This document shows, one piece after another, positions 27,971 to 36,975 of a DNA stretch of 64,000 nt. Source of the stretch: Spirochaetales bacterium (GTDB taxonomy: Bacteria; Spirochaetota; Spirochaetia; JABMQR01). Below the pieces are notes generated by a model. It was not told the origin of the DNA. It searched no databases and was given only the letters and a program-made list of their open reading frames with translations. The position numbers were made by a program, and so were the translations under genes. Every line of letters starts with the position of its first letter. Positions within the stretch are counted from its first letter, which is position 1. The stretch spans positions 12,529 through 76,528 of the forward strand of contig JAGYPA010000006.1 in NCBI GenBank assembly GCA_018399255.1, given 5' to 3'.

Positions 27971-28996
27971 TCAAAGAAGCCGGGTTGAGTTCCTGAAGAT
28001 CAGTTCGCTGTCGAGCCAGATTTTCCTTCCCGCTTTGTTTGTCTGAAGGGTGTGCAGAAGGGATTTAGCAGCTTCCTCCCCCGCTTTGTAGACCTGCTTC
28101 CGCAGGGTTGTCAGTGGAGGATCGGTATAGCAGGCAAAGAAGGAGTCATTGGTTCCTATTACTGATACATCCTCGGGGATGCGGAGATTATGTTCTTTCA
28201 GAGCTTCGTATACGCCGACAGCCATGGTGTCAGACAGGCAGTAGACAGCGGTAAACGGTACTCCATGGTTGATGGCTTTTTTTATTTCACTGCGGGTTAT
28301 GTCATATTCATAATCGCCGAATATTACTTGTTCATCCGAATAGGCGATGCCGCTGCTGCGCAGGACTTCCTGATAATCCTGGATGGTCAGCAGGCTTTCG
28401 GGGTCGTGTTCCCGTCCGACAACGAGCAGGATCTCCTTATGACCGGACTGGATGAAAAATTGGATCGGGTTACTTTCCATCGGTGTGCGGAGGATGACCT
28501 GATTGATGGGCTGCGGGAGTTCAGGCATGTTAACGGCGCTGAAGGGGGTTCCTGTCTGCATCAGGAGTTCGACATTTTCCTCGAGCAGCTCCCGGGTGCA
28601 GTAGCGGGTACCAAAAAGGATTATTCCGTCGTAGCCGCGGGCTCCCTTCAGATAGTTTTTTACCATGATGGAGGAGTCTTCGCCTTTGGTTGGGAGAAAG
28701 ATGATGCTGTAGCCATGCTTGAAGAGTTCAAACTGGAGTCCGGAGAGCATTTCGTTAACGAACGAACTGCGGAAGAGGGGGCTGTTGTAGGGCAGTATGA
28801 CACTGATGGTTTTCGTTCTGGCGCTCGAGAGGCTTTTCGCGATCATGTGGGGACGGTAGTTATGCTCCTGAACGGCTTTGGATATTCTGGCTTTTGTCGC
28901 ATCGCTCACACGTTTCGTTTCCGGGTCGTTCAAATAGAGGGAAACGGCAGTTTTTGAGATGTTCAGTATTTTTGCTATTTCGGCCATGTTTGCCAT
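27971..28996 (-). CDS. LacI-family transcriptional regulator
   Basis: Track ORF 27971-29035. The likely start is ATG 28996 (or 28987), after GAGGGA. The HTH reads MAEIAKILNISKTAVSLYLN, followed by a PBP1 sugar-binding domain. Confidence 0.88.
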   Translation of the reverse strand: MANMAEIAKILNISKTAVSLYLNDPETKRVSDATKARISKAVQEHNYRPHMIAKSLSSARTKTISVILPYNSPLFRSSFVNEMLSGLQFELFKHGYSIIFLPTKGEDSSIMVKNYLKGARGYDGIILFGTRYCTRELLEENVELLMQTGTPFSAVNMPELPQPINQVILRTPMESNPIQFFIQSGHKEILLVVGREHDPESLLTIQDYQEVLRSSGIAYSDEQVIFGDYEYDITRSEIKKAINHGVPFTAVYCLSDTMAVGVYEALKEHNLRIPEDVSVIGTNDSFFACYTDPPLTTLRKQVYKAGEEAAKSLLHTLQTNKAGRKIWLDSELIFRNSTRLL

Positions 28997-29136
28997 GCAT
29001 TCCCTCTTGACCGGTGCTCCTGCAGTTTCAGGCAACTCTGCTTACCTTCAGGTTTATCGGTTAACTAAGTCTTACTATAAATCATGATTTTCCTGCTGTC
29101 AATAAAATCCGTAAAAATTTATATATTTATTATTTT

Positions 29137-29162
29137 GTTATTATACAGTTAATTATTATTTT
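29137..29162. promoter_or_regulatory. AT-rich promoter-island motif GTTATTAT-N7-ATTATTATTTT (copy 2)
   Basis: Lies 141 nt upstream of the LacI start. It has the same two blocks and spacing as 4558-4583. Confidence 0.3.
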
Positions 29163-29223
29163 TTATCGGTTTTCACTTTAAATATATTTTAGTTTACGCT
29201 TGCGTTTATTGTAAACTAACCCT

Positions 29224-30425
29224 ATGATTTCCAGTATGACCAGCCGAGAAAGAATTCTGGCATCCCTGCAAGGGCTGCCCACCGATCGTATAGCCGTCTC
29301 ACCGTTTATCCACAATAATTATGTGCGATATTTTTTCGCGGATCCGAAGCTCGCTGATGATCAAATTCTACTGCGGACAATGGATGTATATGAGCATTTC
29401 GGGTTTGACGCCATTCACCGGAATCTTGAGATCCGTTTTGCTTTTGAGGATTTTGATTCTCCCGACTGGAGGGTGTTACGAACTGCGGAACATGAGCAGA
29501 ATACTTCTATTGAAAAGCCGCAGATAAAGACGCCGGAAAGAACGCTGACGCAGGTTACGCGATTTGGATCAGATTACCGAATTTCTCCGGGTCAACCGAT
29601 TAAGCAGAGCATTTTTATTAAAGATCGGGAGGATTTCCGGCAATTTGCTGCCTACCTGCCTCCCCGCCTTCGCAATTCTCGACTTGAGCAGATTCATACG
29701 TAAGGGAGTCATTGGTGAGCGGGGGATTATGGCACCCGGACTTTTCGGGCTTTTCAATTTCACCGCCGAGATGTGCGGAAGCTTGATAACCTGCTGTTGA
29801 TATGCTGCTCGATGAGGATTTTTATCATGAGATGATGGATTTTTTCTTTGATCTTCTGGCTTCGTTTTACGCACAGGTCACCGGTCTAAAGCCGGGGCCC
29901 GGCAGCAAGGATGGGGCAATGCCGGAAATCGGCAGCAAGGTTGAATCGATGCGGTAAGTTATCCTGGCAACCTTGCCAACGGGGTAACGGTGGATCCCGT
30001 TTTTTCAACGCTGTGCTTCCCCTATGAGAAAAAATGGTGGAAGCCATCCAGAGAAATGGGACTGCGGTTATTTACCATAACTGCGGTAATGCACGTGAAA
30101 ACTCCATCGATCTTATTAATGAGATTCAGATGCGGTGCTTCGGAAACTGAGGACTGAACCTCCGCATGGGGATATGGATCTGGCCTTATGCATGCCGACG
30201 ATTTGATCCCGGGATAGCACTTATGGGCAACCTGACCAGATTAATCTGGCTTACCAAGGGCACACCGGAGGATGTCCGCAGGGCTGTTCGTTCCATTTTC
30301 AAACGGCCGGCAGCCGTCCTGGATTCATTCTGGGCACTTCCGACTTTCTGGAGGAGGGCACCCCGAAAGAAATCTTGAAGTAATTATGGAAACGGTTCTC
30401 GGGGATAGGGTCTGACTAATTTAAA
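29224..30425 (+). pseudogene. URO-D family protein, multiply frameshifted
   Basis: ORF 29224-29703 starts MISSMTSRERILASLQGLPTDRIAVSP and stops prematurely. Later blocks lie in different frames: GIMAPGLFGLFNFTAEMCG, DMLLDEDFYHEMMDFFFDLLASFYAQV, ITAVMHVKTPSILLMRF, LTKGTPEDVRRAVRSIF, LEVIMETVLG. Confidence 0.65.
30241..30425 (+). repeat. ~180-bp direct repeat, copy 1 (3' end of the URO-D pseudogene)
   Basis: ATCTGGCTTACCAAGGGCACACCGGAGGATGTCCGC...GGAAACGGTTCTCGGGGATAGGGTCTGACTAATTTA is about 90% identical to 31436-31622, with small indels. Confidence 0.85.
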
Positions 30426-30589
30426 AACCGAATCTGCATACGGGTGGTAATTTCGTGGTCATTGAATACTGCAATGTTTGCTGGTATGATTCTTGTAAAC
30501 TATTTGAGAGTTCAACCTGCGGTTTAGATGCAGTAGTCCAAAAAGCTGCTTCCTCTACATCGGACTACCAACCATGCCAGACAATATTT

Positions 30590-31440
30590 AAATCAAAGTC
30601 CAGGAGGAGAACTCCCTGACGAGCGCTGAAAAGCGACCCCTTTACAGACCTTCATAGACAAGTGCACTGAACGACTACAATCATCGCCATCCGCATCTTG
30701 ATGAGATGGAGAATCTGCATTCCTGGAACTCCCCAGCAGTGCAAGCATTGGTGGATCGCTGCTGATAAGCAAGGAGGGGTACTCGGACAAGGGAATCAGG
30801 AGATACCGTTGCAGGAATGCGGAAAGCGGTTCAACATCCTGACTAACACGATATTTGACAACCATAAGCCTTTCCATATCCGAATGGATGGGTTCTTTTT
30901 GGACATTTTCTCGGCTTTGGGAGCTTCAACCTGACATCCAAGGTCAACAGGAATGCCAATACAACAAAATATCAGATCAGCGCGTATTCATGCTATTGGA
31001 CGGATTCAAGATGGCATGGTTCTCGAAGGTGATGTATGGCTTGATGAGACATTCATCAGGGTGTGGAATCCGGATATCCAGGTCAAGGATGATGGAAAGG
31101 AGTATAGGGGCCTTTCCGCAACCAGCTGTGCATCGGCGTTGCCTGCGATTCAAGGCAGCATTGCCTCTTCTTTGTGGAAGGGAATGGAAGACACCTCAGG
31201 TAAGAGGACGATTGGTGCTGCTCTCTGGTCGCCACTAACAAGTCTGGTTCCAGGCTAATCCATGATCTTGACAGTTCGCACAACAAGCTCGTAAAAATGC
31301 TGGACCTTGAGAGCGAGGCCTATGATTCCAAGGAAATCAAGAAGCTCCCTGATTCCAAGAATCCGCTCAATCTGTCAATCAGCTCTGCAGACTGCTCCAG
31401 ATGTTCCTTCGCCCCACGCAGGATTCATTAGAGAGGATCT
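30590..31440 (+). mobile_element. IS1595-family transposase remnant (frameshifted, no intact ORF)
   Basis: Fragments lie in three frames: RYRCRNCGKRFNILTNTIFDNHK (zinc-ribbon/HTH region), LEGDVWLDETFIRV...YRGLS (DDE core), LIHDLDSSHNKLVKMLDLESEAYDSKEIKKLPDSKNPLN. Boundaries are approximate and I did not recognise terminal inverted repeats. Confidence 0.6.
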
Positions 31441-31622
31441 GCTTACCAAAGGCACACCGGAGGATGTCCGCAGGGCTGTTCGTTCCATTCTCAAAACGGC
31501 CGGCAGCCGTCCTGGATTCATTCTGGGCACTTCCGACTTTCTGGAGGAGGGCACCCCGGAAAGAAACCTTGAAGTTATTATGGAAACGGTTCTCGGGGGA
31601 TAACGGTCTTAATTAATTTATT
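31436..31622 (+). repeat. ~180-bp direct repeat, copy 2 (isolated URO-D 3' fragment)
   Basis: Encodes LLTKGTPEDVRRAVRSILKTAGSRPGFILGTSDFLEEGTPERNLEVIMETVLGG in one frame, so it is better preserved than copy 1. Confidence 0.85.
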
Positions 31623-31770
31623 GATACCTTCCAGCTTACCTGAGGATATTGGGAACTGGGGATGGTTCACAATACCCATCCAGCTGATGCTCATCCAGCT
31701 GATTATCAGTGGTGGGAAACGGGCGATTTTTTGCATCAGATAAAGTGCGTATACTCTCTTTATCACGGCA
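31623..31770 (-). mobile_element. ISL3-family transposase C-terminal fragment (tentative)
   Basis: The minus-strand peptide ISWMSISWMGIVNHPQFPISSGKLEGINKLIKT resembles the conserved ISL3 C-terminal block (...SNG-x-LEG-x-NNKIK...). It is cut off where repeat copy 2 begins. Confidence 0.35.
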
Positions 31771-31796
31771 AGATGGCTGAAAGAAGGCCAGCATCA

Positions 31797-31942
31797 GGGG
31801 ACCGGCCGCTACTCGTGTGACTCGTGTATAATAAGCCGACCTTGGCCCTGTTTCAGGCATGGAGGTAGATCATTGCGAAATAAGGACTTGCTAACTGCCG
31901 AATTTCTACTCGTGGAACTTATGTAAAGTCAGCCGGACTTAA
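31797..31942 (+). repeat. 146-nt composite repeat, copy 3 (solitary)
   Basis: GGGGACCGGCCG clamp, then subrepeats at 31809-31845 and 31906-31942, exactly 97 nt apart. The terminal TTAA overlaps the putP stop codon. Confidence 0.8.
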
Positions 31943-33399
31943 AGGGATTTGATGAGATCCTGCGTTTTGTCATATTCCGCGAGCACTTTCTCGGAAGGGG
32001 CTTTGGTTAAAAGGCTCGTAACCACAATTGCCGCCAACCCCAGAATAAAACCGGGCAGGAGTTCATAAAAGTACTCTCCCTCTATGCTGATAAAGTTCTT
32101 TACCACAAAAATTGTGACTGATCCGACAACCATTCCGGCCAGAGCCCCCCATTTCGTCATTCTCTTCCAGGTAACGGCTAGAATAACAAGGGGACCGAAG
32201 GCTGCGCCAAAACCGCCCCAGGCATACCCCACCATATTGAGGATTGTTCCTGTATCATTTGATGCAATAATAAAAGCCAGCAGGGCAAATCCCACTATTC
32301 CTGCCCGGCTTATCCACTCCCGGGTTTTCTCGTTCATCCGGGCAATAAAGGGAATATCCTCAGTCAAGGAAGAACTCAGCACCAGCAGCTGGGAATCTGC
32401 CGTTGACATTACGGCAGCCAAAACTGCAGCCAGGACTAGTCCGGCAAAAAACGGATGAAAAAGTGCGGTTGTCAATGCCAGGAATATTCGCTCACTGCTG
32501 CCGTCTGGTCCGGTAACCCCTTCCAGTGGATGCAGGGCATTAAAGCCGATACCTATCAAGCCGATCGAAATTGCAAATATAAGGGAAACCACCATCCACG
32601 TGATTCCTATCCGTCTTGCACTTTTTACAGATCTGGCATCCTTTATGCCGATAAACCGCGCCAATATGTGGGGCTGCCCGAAATACCCGAACCCCCAGGC
32701 CATCAGCGACAGCGCGGTTATCCAACCGGTTGAGAATTTGAAAGCGTTCGGGTTTGCCGCGGCAATCTCGGAACCCTGTCCGGTTATCGCAAAAATTCCG
32801 AGCAGGGTGCAGAATGCCAATGCCGTAACCATCAGCATGCCTTGGATCAAATCGGTCCAGCAAACGGCCAGATATCCCCCAAGAAAGGTATACCCGACAA
32901 CAACCAGCGTCGTGATAAGCAGGGCAGTCTGTTCCGTTGCCCCAAACGTATGGGCAAACAGCAGGGTTCCCCCCTTCAGGCCGGATGCTACGTAAAGGGT
33001 AAAGAAAAAGAGAATGACCAAGGTTGAGACCACTTTGAGAATATGTGTGGTGTCTTCAAACCGCTTCGCAATGAAGGTAGGAAGGGTGATCGCGTTCAAA
33101 TTCTGTGAAAGCGAGCGGAGACGGCCAGCCACTATGAGCCAGTTCAGGTAGGCACCGATCGACAGGCCGAGAGATATCCAGACCCCTTCTACGAGGCCGC
33201 TGGCAAAAACGGCCCCGGGAAGTCCCAGCAGCAGCCAGCTCGACATATCGGAGGCTCCGGCAGATATCGCCGTGGTGAATGGGCCGAGGGTCCGCCCTCC
33301 GATAATGAAGTCACTGTTGTTTTTTGTCCTTCTCAATGAATAGAACCCTATTCCAAGCATGAGAAGCAGGTAAAGGACGAACTGTACGTACAGTATCAT
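31939..33399 (-). CDS. putP: sodium/proline symporter
   Basis: 486-aa ORF of SSF-family character (FIIGGRTLGPFTTAISAGASDMSSWLLLGLPGAVF) with about 13 TM helices and AAGGAG upstream. Confidence 0.88.
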   Translation of the reverse strand: MILYVQFVLYLLLMLGIGFYSLRRTKNNSDFIIGGRTLGPFTTAISAGASDMSSWLLLGLPGAVFASGLVEGVWISLGLSIGAYLNWLIVAGRLRSLSQNLNAITLPTFIAKRFEDTTHILKVVSTLVILFFFTLYVASGLKGGTLLFAHTFGATEQTALLITTLVVVGYTFLGGYLAVCWTDLIQGMLMVTALAFCTLLGIFAITGQGSEIAAANPNAFKFSTGWITALSLMAWGFGYFGQPHILARFIGIKDARSVKSARRIGITWMVVSLIFAISIGLIGIGFNALHPLEGVTGPDGSSERIFLALTTALFHPFFAGLVLAAVLAAVMSTADSQLLVLSSSLTEDIPFIARMNEKTREWISRAGIVGFALLAFIIASNDTGTILNMVGYAWGGFGAAFGPLVILAVTWKRMTKWGALAGMVVGSVTIFVVKNFISIEGEYFYELLPGFILGLAAIVVTSLLTKAPSEKVLAEYDKTQDLIKSL

Positions 33400-33427
33400 G
33401 GTGTTTCTCCTTTATTGCAGCTGGTAT

Positions 33428-33465
33428 GAGATACTATCAAAATGCAGTCATTTTGATAGTATCTC
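33428..33465. promoter_or_regulatory. perfect 17-bp inverted repeat (GAGATACTATCAAAATG-cagt-CATTTTGATAGTATCTC)
   Basis: Lies 29 nt upstream of the putP start, in the divergent putP/OMP intergenic region. It is a candidate operator or 5'-leader hairpin. Confidence 0.5.
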
Positions 33466-33670
33466 TTATGTGAACGTTGTTTTTTTCTCTGTTTGTCATC
33501 GTGAATACTTGCTGATTTGATAAGCTAGTCAGGGGATACCGGACTGAATGAAAGGTATCATACCCCAGGGCAAGCCCTGGACCCAGGAGGCTTCGCCTCC
33601 TTTGCCGCCCCAAGGGGCGGGGTATGTTACCTTGCGATCCCGGCACTCGCTCGGCAATGGAACCATCAAG

Positions 33671-35380
33671 ATGGTTCCGCTCCTCTCGCTTCGTTTGGGA
33701 ATCACGCACCTCCTTCTCTTTGCGCTATTTCTGGCGGCAGTCCCCCTCTCGCTGTCTGCCGAAGCGCAAACTCATGTCATCGGCACCCTGCTTCTGGAAA
33801 TCTCGGGAAAAACTCAAGAGCAAACCCTGAAAAGTGATCTGGCTATAGTTCCGTATGCCGATGAGTTTGCTTCAGAAGCGGCTATGGTACGAAAACTGGA
33901 AGAACGAAAAAAGAATCTGCTCAGCAAGCGTATTTACAGCCAGGCTGACTACAGCTGCGAGCTCACCGCATCGACTGATGAGCAAATGGTCTATTCGGTA
34001 ACCTACAATATTGTTGAAGTTCCCACAGTGCTTTTTATCCCCTATGGAATCTACGACTCAAACTACGGCGGAAGAGCCGGCATAAAACTCTACGACAGCA
34101 ACTTCCTCGGAATTCGCAGCGATCTTAAGTTCAAAGCCTACCTGAGCCAGCTGAACCCGTCAGCATTCAATCAATACAAGCTGTCGGCTGAGGTAACTGC
34201 CGACAAGCTCCAGCTTTTCGGCAAGCGACTCGATCTCGGCGCAGGCATCCAGACTGATACAGACGGCTGGAGCCTGAAAAACAGTGTATTCAAGGCAAAA
34301 GCCAACTATTACGGCATGAATATCGGGCCCACATCGATCGATCTCTTCTCCGATATCAGCCTGACTAAGCAGGACAATACTATTTTTACCTGGGGCAGCC
34401 CTACTATAAACTTCCGGATTGTCTGGCAAATGATCCCTCTGCTTGCAAACAGCCTGCGGTATGAATCCAAGATAACCTACTACAAACTGGGACCTTCATG
34501 GGCACTGCCGGAACTGACCTTTACCAACCAGATCAGGACCCAGCTGTTCTCCATCCTCGACCAGCAGGTTTCCGGCTCCCTTACAAATGTATTCGGCTAT
34601 AAGACGGAAGACCAGTCGGTTATCACCAACGATGTCGATATTGAGCTCTCAACATCGTTTACCATCTTCGAGGAGATTAAGCAGGGTCTCGCCGTATCCC
34701 TGCTCACAAATCATACAGCTGCCGCCTTCGAAACCGTAGAATTTGCTTCCAGGAATTCCTTCTCTCAGGGGAATGTGGATGCAGTCGGCAATTTCCGGGA
34801 GGGCTACAACCTTAAACTGACACTGAGCACCCTTATGCCGTTAAACAAGGGGATTGCAGAGCTGTTCAGCTCTTTTTCTACTGTAACAAGACTGGAAGCC
34901 TCCTACTATACCATGCTGGGAGTCGATTTCAATCTGGGGCTGCGGGGGTCGGCATTTCTGGCAACAGGGACTGCGGTAGAAAACCCGGTCGATCCCGGGA
35001 ATTTCCTGCGAGGGATTACCAATGTCAATCGTCCAAAAGAGTATGGCTTTGCAGGCCTTAATGTCAGCACCGGCATCACCTTCGAACTTTTCGACTTCGA
35101 TACAGCCCTGAGCGGCTATCCGCTCAAGGCTGATGTACTGCTCACCCCATTTCTGGATTTTTCAGTATTTCAGGAAAATGCTCAGTTTATCCAGACATGG
35201 CCGAGCTGGAGCGAGCTGACCGGCGGTGCAGAACTGCTCATGATTTTCAATCGACTTAAGAAGTATCCCCTCTCTGCGGTTTTCGGCTTCAGTCTGCTGG
35301 ATACCGCTGCCTGGCTGACCGGCAGCGGAAATTTCAGTGATATTGATTTTGAGGTAGTTATTTTACTCGATATGTTTTAG
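33671..35380 (+). CDS. Omp85 (BamA/TamA)-family outer-membrane protein with one POTRA-like domain
   Basis: Part of track ORF 33548-35380. The start is set at ATG 33671, giving the signal peptide MVPLLSLRLGITHLLLFALFLAAVPLSLSA. It has a POTRA-like N-terminal region, a YDSNFLGIRSDL motif, amphipathic beta-strand periodicity and a C-terminal ...LLDMF. Confidence 0.65.
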   Translation: MVPLLSLRLGITHLLLFALFLAAVPLSLSAEAQTHVIGTLLLEISGKTQEQTLKSDLAIVPYADEFASEAAMVRKLEERKKNLLSKRIYSQADYSCELTASTDEQMVYSVTYNIVEVPTVLFIPYGIYDSNYGGRAGIKLYDSNFLGIRSDLKFKAYLSQLNPSAFNQYKLSAEVTADKLQLFGKRLDLGAGIQTDTDGWSLKNSVFKAKANYYGMNIGPTSIDLFSDISLTKQDNTIFTWGSPTINFRIVWQMIPLLANSLRYESKITYYKLGPSWALPELTFTNQIRTQLFSILDQQVSGSLTNVFGYKTEDQSVITNDVDIELSTSFTIFEEIKQGLAVSLLTNHTAAAFETVEFASRNSFSQGNVDAVGNFREGYNLKLTLSTLMPLNKGIAELFSSFSTVTRLEASYYTMLGVDFNLGLRGSAFLATGTAVENPVDPGNFLRGITNVNRPKEYGFAGLNVSTGITFELFDFDTALSGYPLKADVLLTPFLDFSVFQENAQFIQTWPSWSELTGGAELLMIFNRLKKYPLSAVFGFSLLDTAAWLTGSGNFSDIDFEVVILLDMF

Positions 35381-35427
35381 CACCTGCCTGCACTGTAACC
35401 GTCTGCCAGGCTATCCGTCCGCCAGGC

Positions 35428-35940
35428 TTACTCCAGATAGGCCAGAATAATGCGTACCGCTTCTTCCACGGTGATATCGGTGGTATCTATGACAATCTCG
35501 GCTGAAAGCGGCGGCTCGTAGGGATCGTCAAGGCCGGTAAAATGGGTAATTTCACCCTGCCGCGCCCGGGCGTAGAGTCCTTTCACATCCCGCCGCTCGC
35601 ACTCCTCGAAGGGCGTAGATACATAGACTTCGATAAAATTACTGCACATGCTGCGCACCAGTTGCCGGGTATCGCGATAGGGACTGACGAAGGTGCAGAC
35701 CACGGTAACTGCATGCTTTTCGAGCAGGGCGGCCATGAAGCCCATCCGCTTGATGTGGGAATCGCGCTCGGCTTTGGTAAACCCGGTACTCGGAAATATA
35801 TCACGGACCACATCCCCGTCCAGGTGCTCGATTTCGACCTCTGCGCTGAGAAGCTCAGCCGTCAGTCGTTCGGCAATCGTGCTTTTTCCCGATCCTGACA
35901 ACCCGGTAAACCAGATGACCGCCGGCAGTTTTTTCATCAT
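35428..35940 (-). CDS. cysC: adenylylsulfate (APS) kinase
   Basis: 170-aa ORF with canonical motifs GLSGSGKST, LDGD, FVSP, KGLYARARQGEITHFTGLDDPYEPP. It overlaps cysQ by 4 nt. Confidence 0.92.
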   Translation of the reverse strand: MMKKLPAVIWFTGLSGSGKSTIAERLTAELLSAEVEIEHLDGDVVRDIFPSTGFTKAERDSHIKRMGFMAALLEKHAVTVVCTFVSPYRDTRQLVRSMCSNFIEVYVSTPFEECERRDVKGLYARARQGEITHFTGLDDPYEPPLSAEIVIDTTDITVEEAVRIILAYLE

Positions 35941-36932
35941 ACCCTGTACTCCTTCCCTCTTTGTATAAATTTGTGATAATTCACATCTTTTCCCACCAGA
36001 AACCAGGGATTGAGCAGATTCTGTTTGTTATAGCGCAGCGGCAGCCGGTCTTCTACGCTGAGAACATAGCATCCGGCAGCCCGGCAGACGGCATCAGCGG
36101 CTGCAGTATCCCACTCCATGGTGGGAGCAAAGCGCGGGTAGAGATCGGAGGCTCCCTCGGCTACCTGGCAGAGTTTGAGACTGCTGCCGCTTGAAGCAAT
36201 TTCCACAGCTCCCGCTTCAGATTCCACCCTCTCGATGAAAGCCTCGGTTTCCGGGGTCAGGTGACTGCGGCTGGCTACAATCCGCAGCGGCTGTCCAGAG
36301 GCCTGGCCGTACACCCTTCGGGGTCCGGAAATCGGTATGCCTTCGGAAATCGTCCGGGTCCTTCTATAGTTCGAAGCCCCATCGAGCCGGTAAGCGCTCC
36401 CGTTTCCATCAACTTTCCCATCAACTTTCCCATCATCTTTCCCATCATCTTTCCCATCAATGTTTCCATCAACATGTCTATTAATGCCCCAATAGAGCAC
36501 ATCGGGCACCGGGGCATAGACGAATCCGGCATACGGCGTTCCGTTGACAATCAGGGCAATGTTGATAGTAAATTCGCCATTGCGCTTGATAAATTCCTTG
36601 GTGCCGTCCAGGGGATCGATCATCCAGAAAGCCGGCCATTCCTTGCGTTCGGCATAGGGAATATCCCGTCCCTCTTCGGACAGTATGGGATATGGCTGGC
36701 GACTTACGGCAGGAAGTCCCGAGACCAGCACCCGATGGCTGGCCAGGTCAGCATCGGTAAGGGGGGATGCATCCCCCTTATAGGTTACGTTGTATGTTTT
36801 CTGGTAGATATCGGCAACGGCCGCTCCGGCTTCCAGTATAAGCTGCAGGACGGCAGGGATATCGAGGTCGGTTTCTCTATCGAAGTCGGCTGGTCTATCA
36901 AAGACGGCAGACGCACGGGCATCAGTTTTCAT
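35937..36932 (-). CDS. cysQ: 3'(2'),5'-bisphosphate nucleotidase
   Basis: 331-aa ORF of the inositol-monophosphatase fold (ILSEE, WMIDPLDGTKEF, WDTAAADAV), with an internal 24-residue DGK/DGN repeat insertion. Confidence 0.88.
   Translation of the reverse strand: MKTDARASAVFDRPADFDRETDLDIPAVLQLILEAGAAVADIYQKTYNVTYKGDASPLTDADLASHRVLVSGLPAVSRQPYPILSEEGRDIPYAERKEWPAFWMIDPLDGTKEFIKRNGEFTINIALIVNGTPYAGFVYAPVPDVLYWGINRHVDGNIDGKDDGKDDGKVDGKVDGNGSAYRLDGASNYRRTRTISEGIPISGPRRVYGQASGQPLRIVASRSHLTPETEAFIERVESEAGAVEIASSGSSLKLCQVAEGASDLYPRFAPTMEWDTAAADAVCRAAGCYVLSVEDRLPLRYNKQNLLNPWFLVGKDVNYHKFIQRGKEYRV
36402..36473 (-). repeat. in-frame 12-nt tandem repeat x6 (DGKx units) inside cysQ
   Basis: Plus-strand units GTTTCCATCAAC/TTTCCCATCAAC/TTTCCCATCATC encode DGNIDGKDDGKDDGKVDGKVDGNG. 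Confidence 0.9.
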
Positions 36933-36975
36933 CGGTCAGTCTCCCCAATCTTCCGGTATCCTCCGAGCTCCCGGG

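Noticed and set aside
33548-33670. N-terminal 41 codons of track ORF 33548-35380, and similar extensions at 11306-11398, 28997-29035, 53698-53748, 57041-57079 and 58169-58252
   Set aside because: Internal Met codons with Shine-Dalgarno sequences give proper signal peptides or domain starts. The upstream extensions are R/P/G-rich, or they overlap hairpins or repeats.
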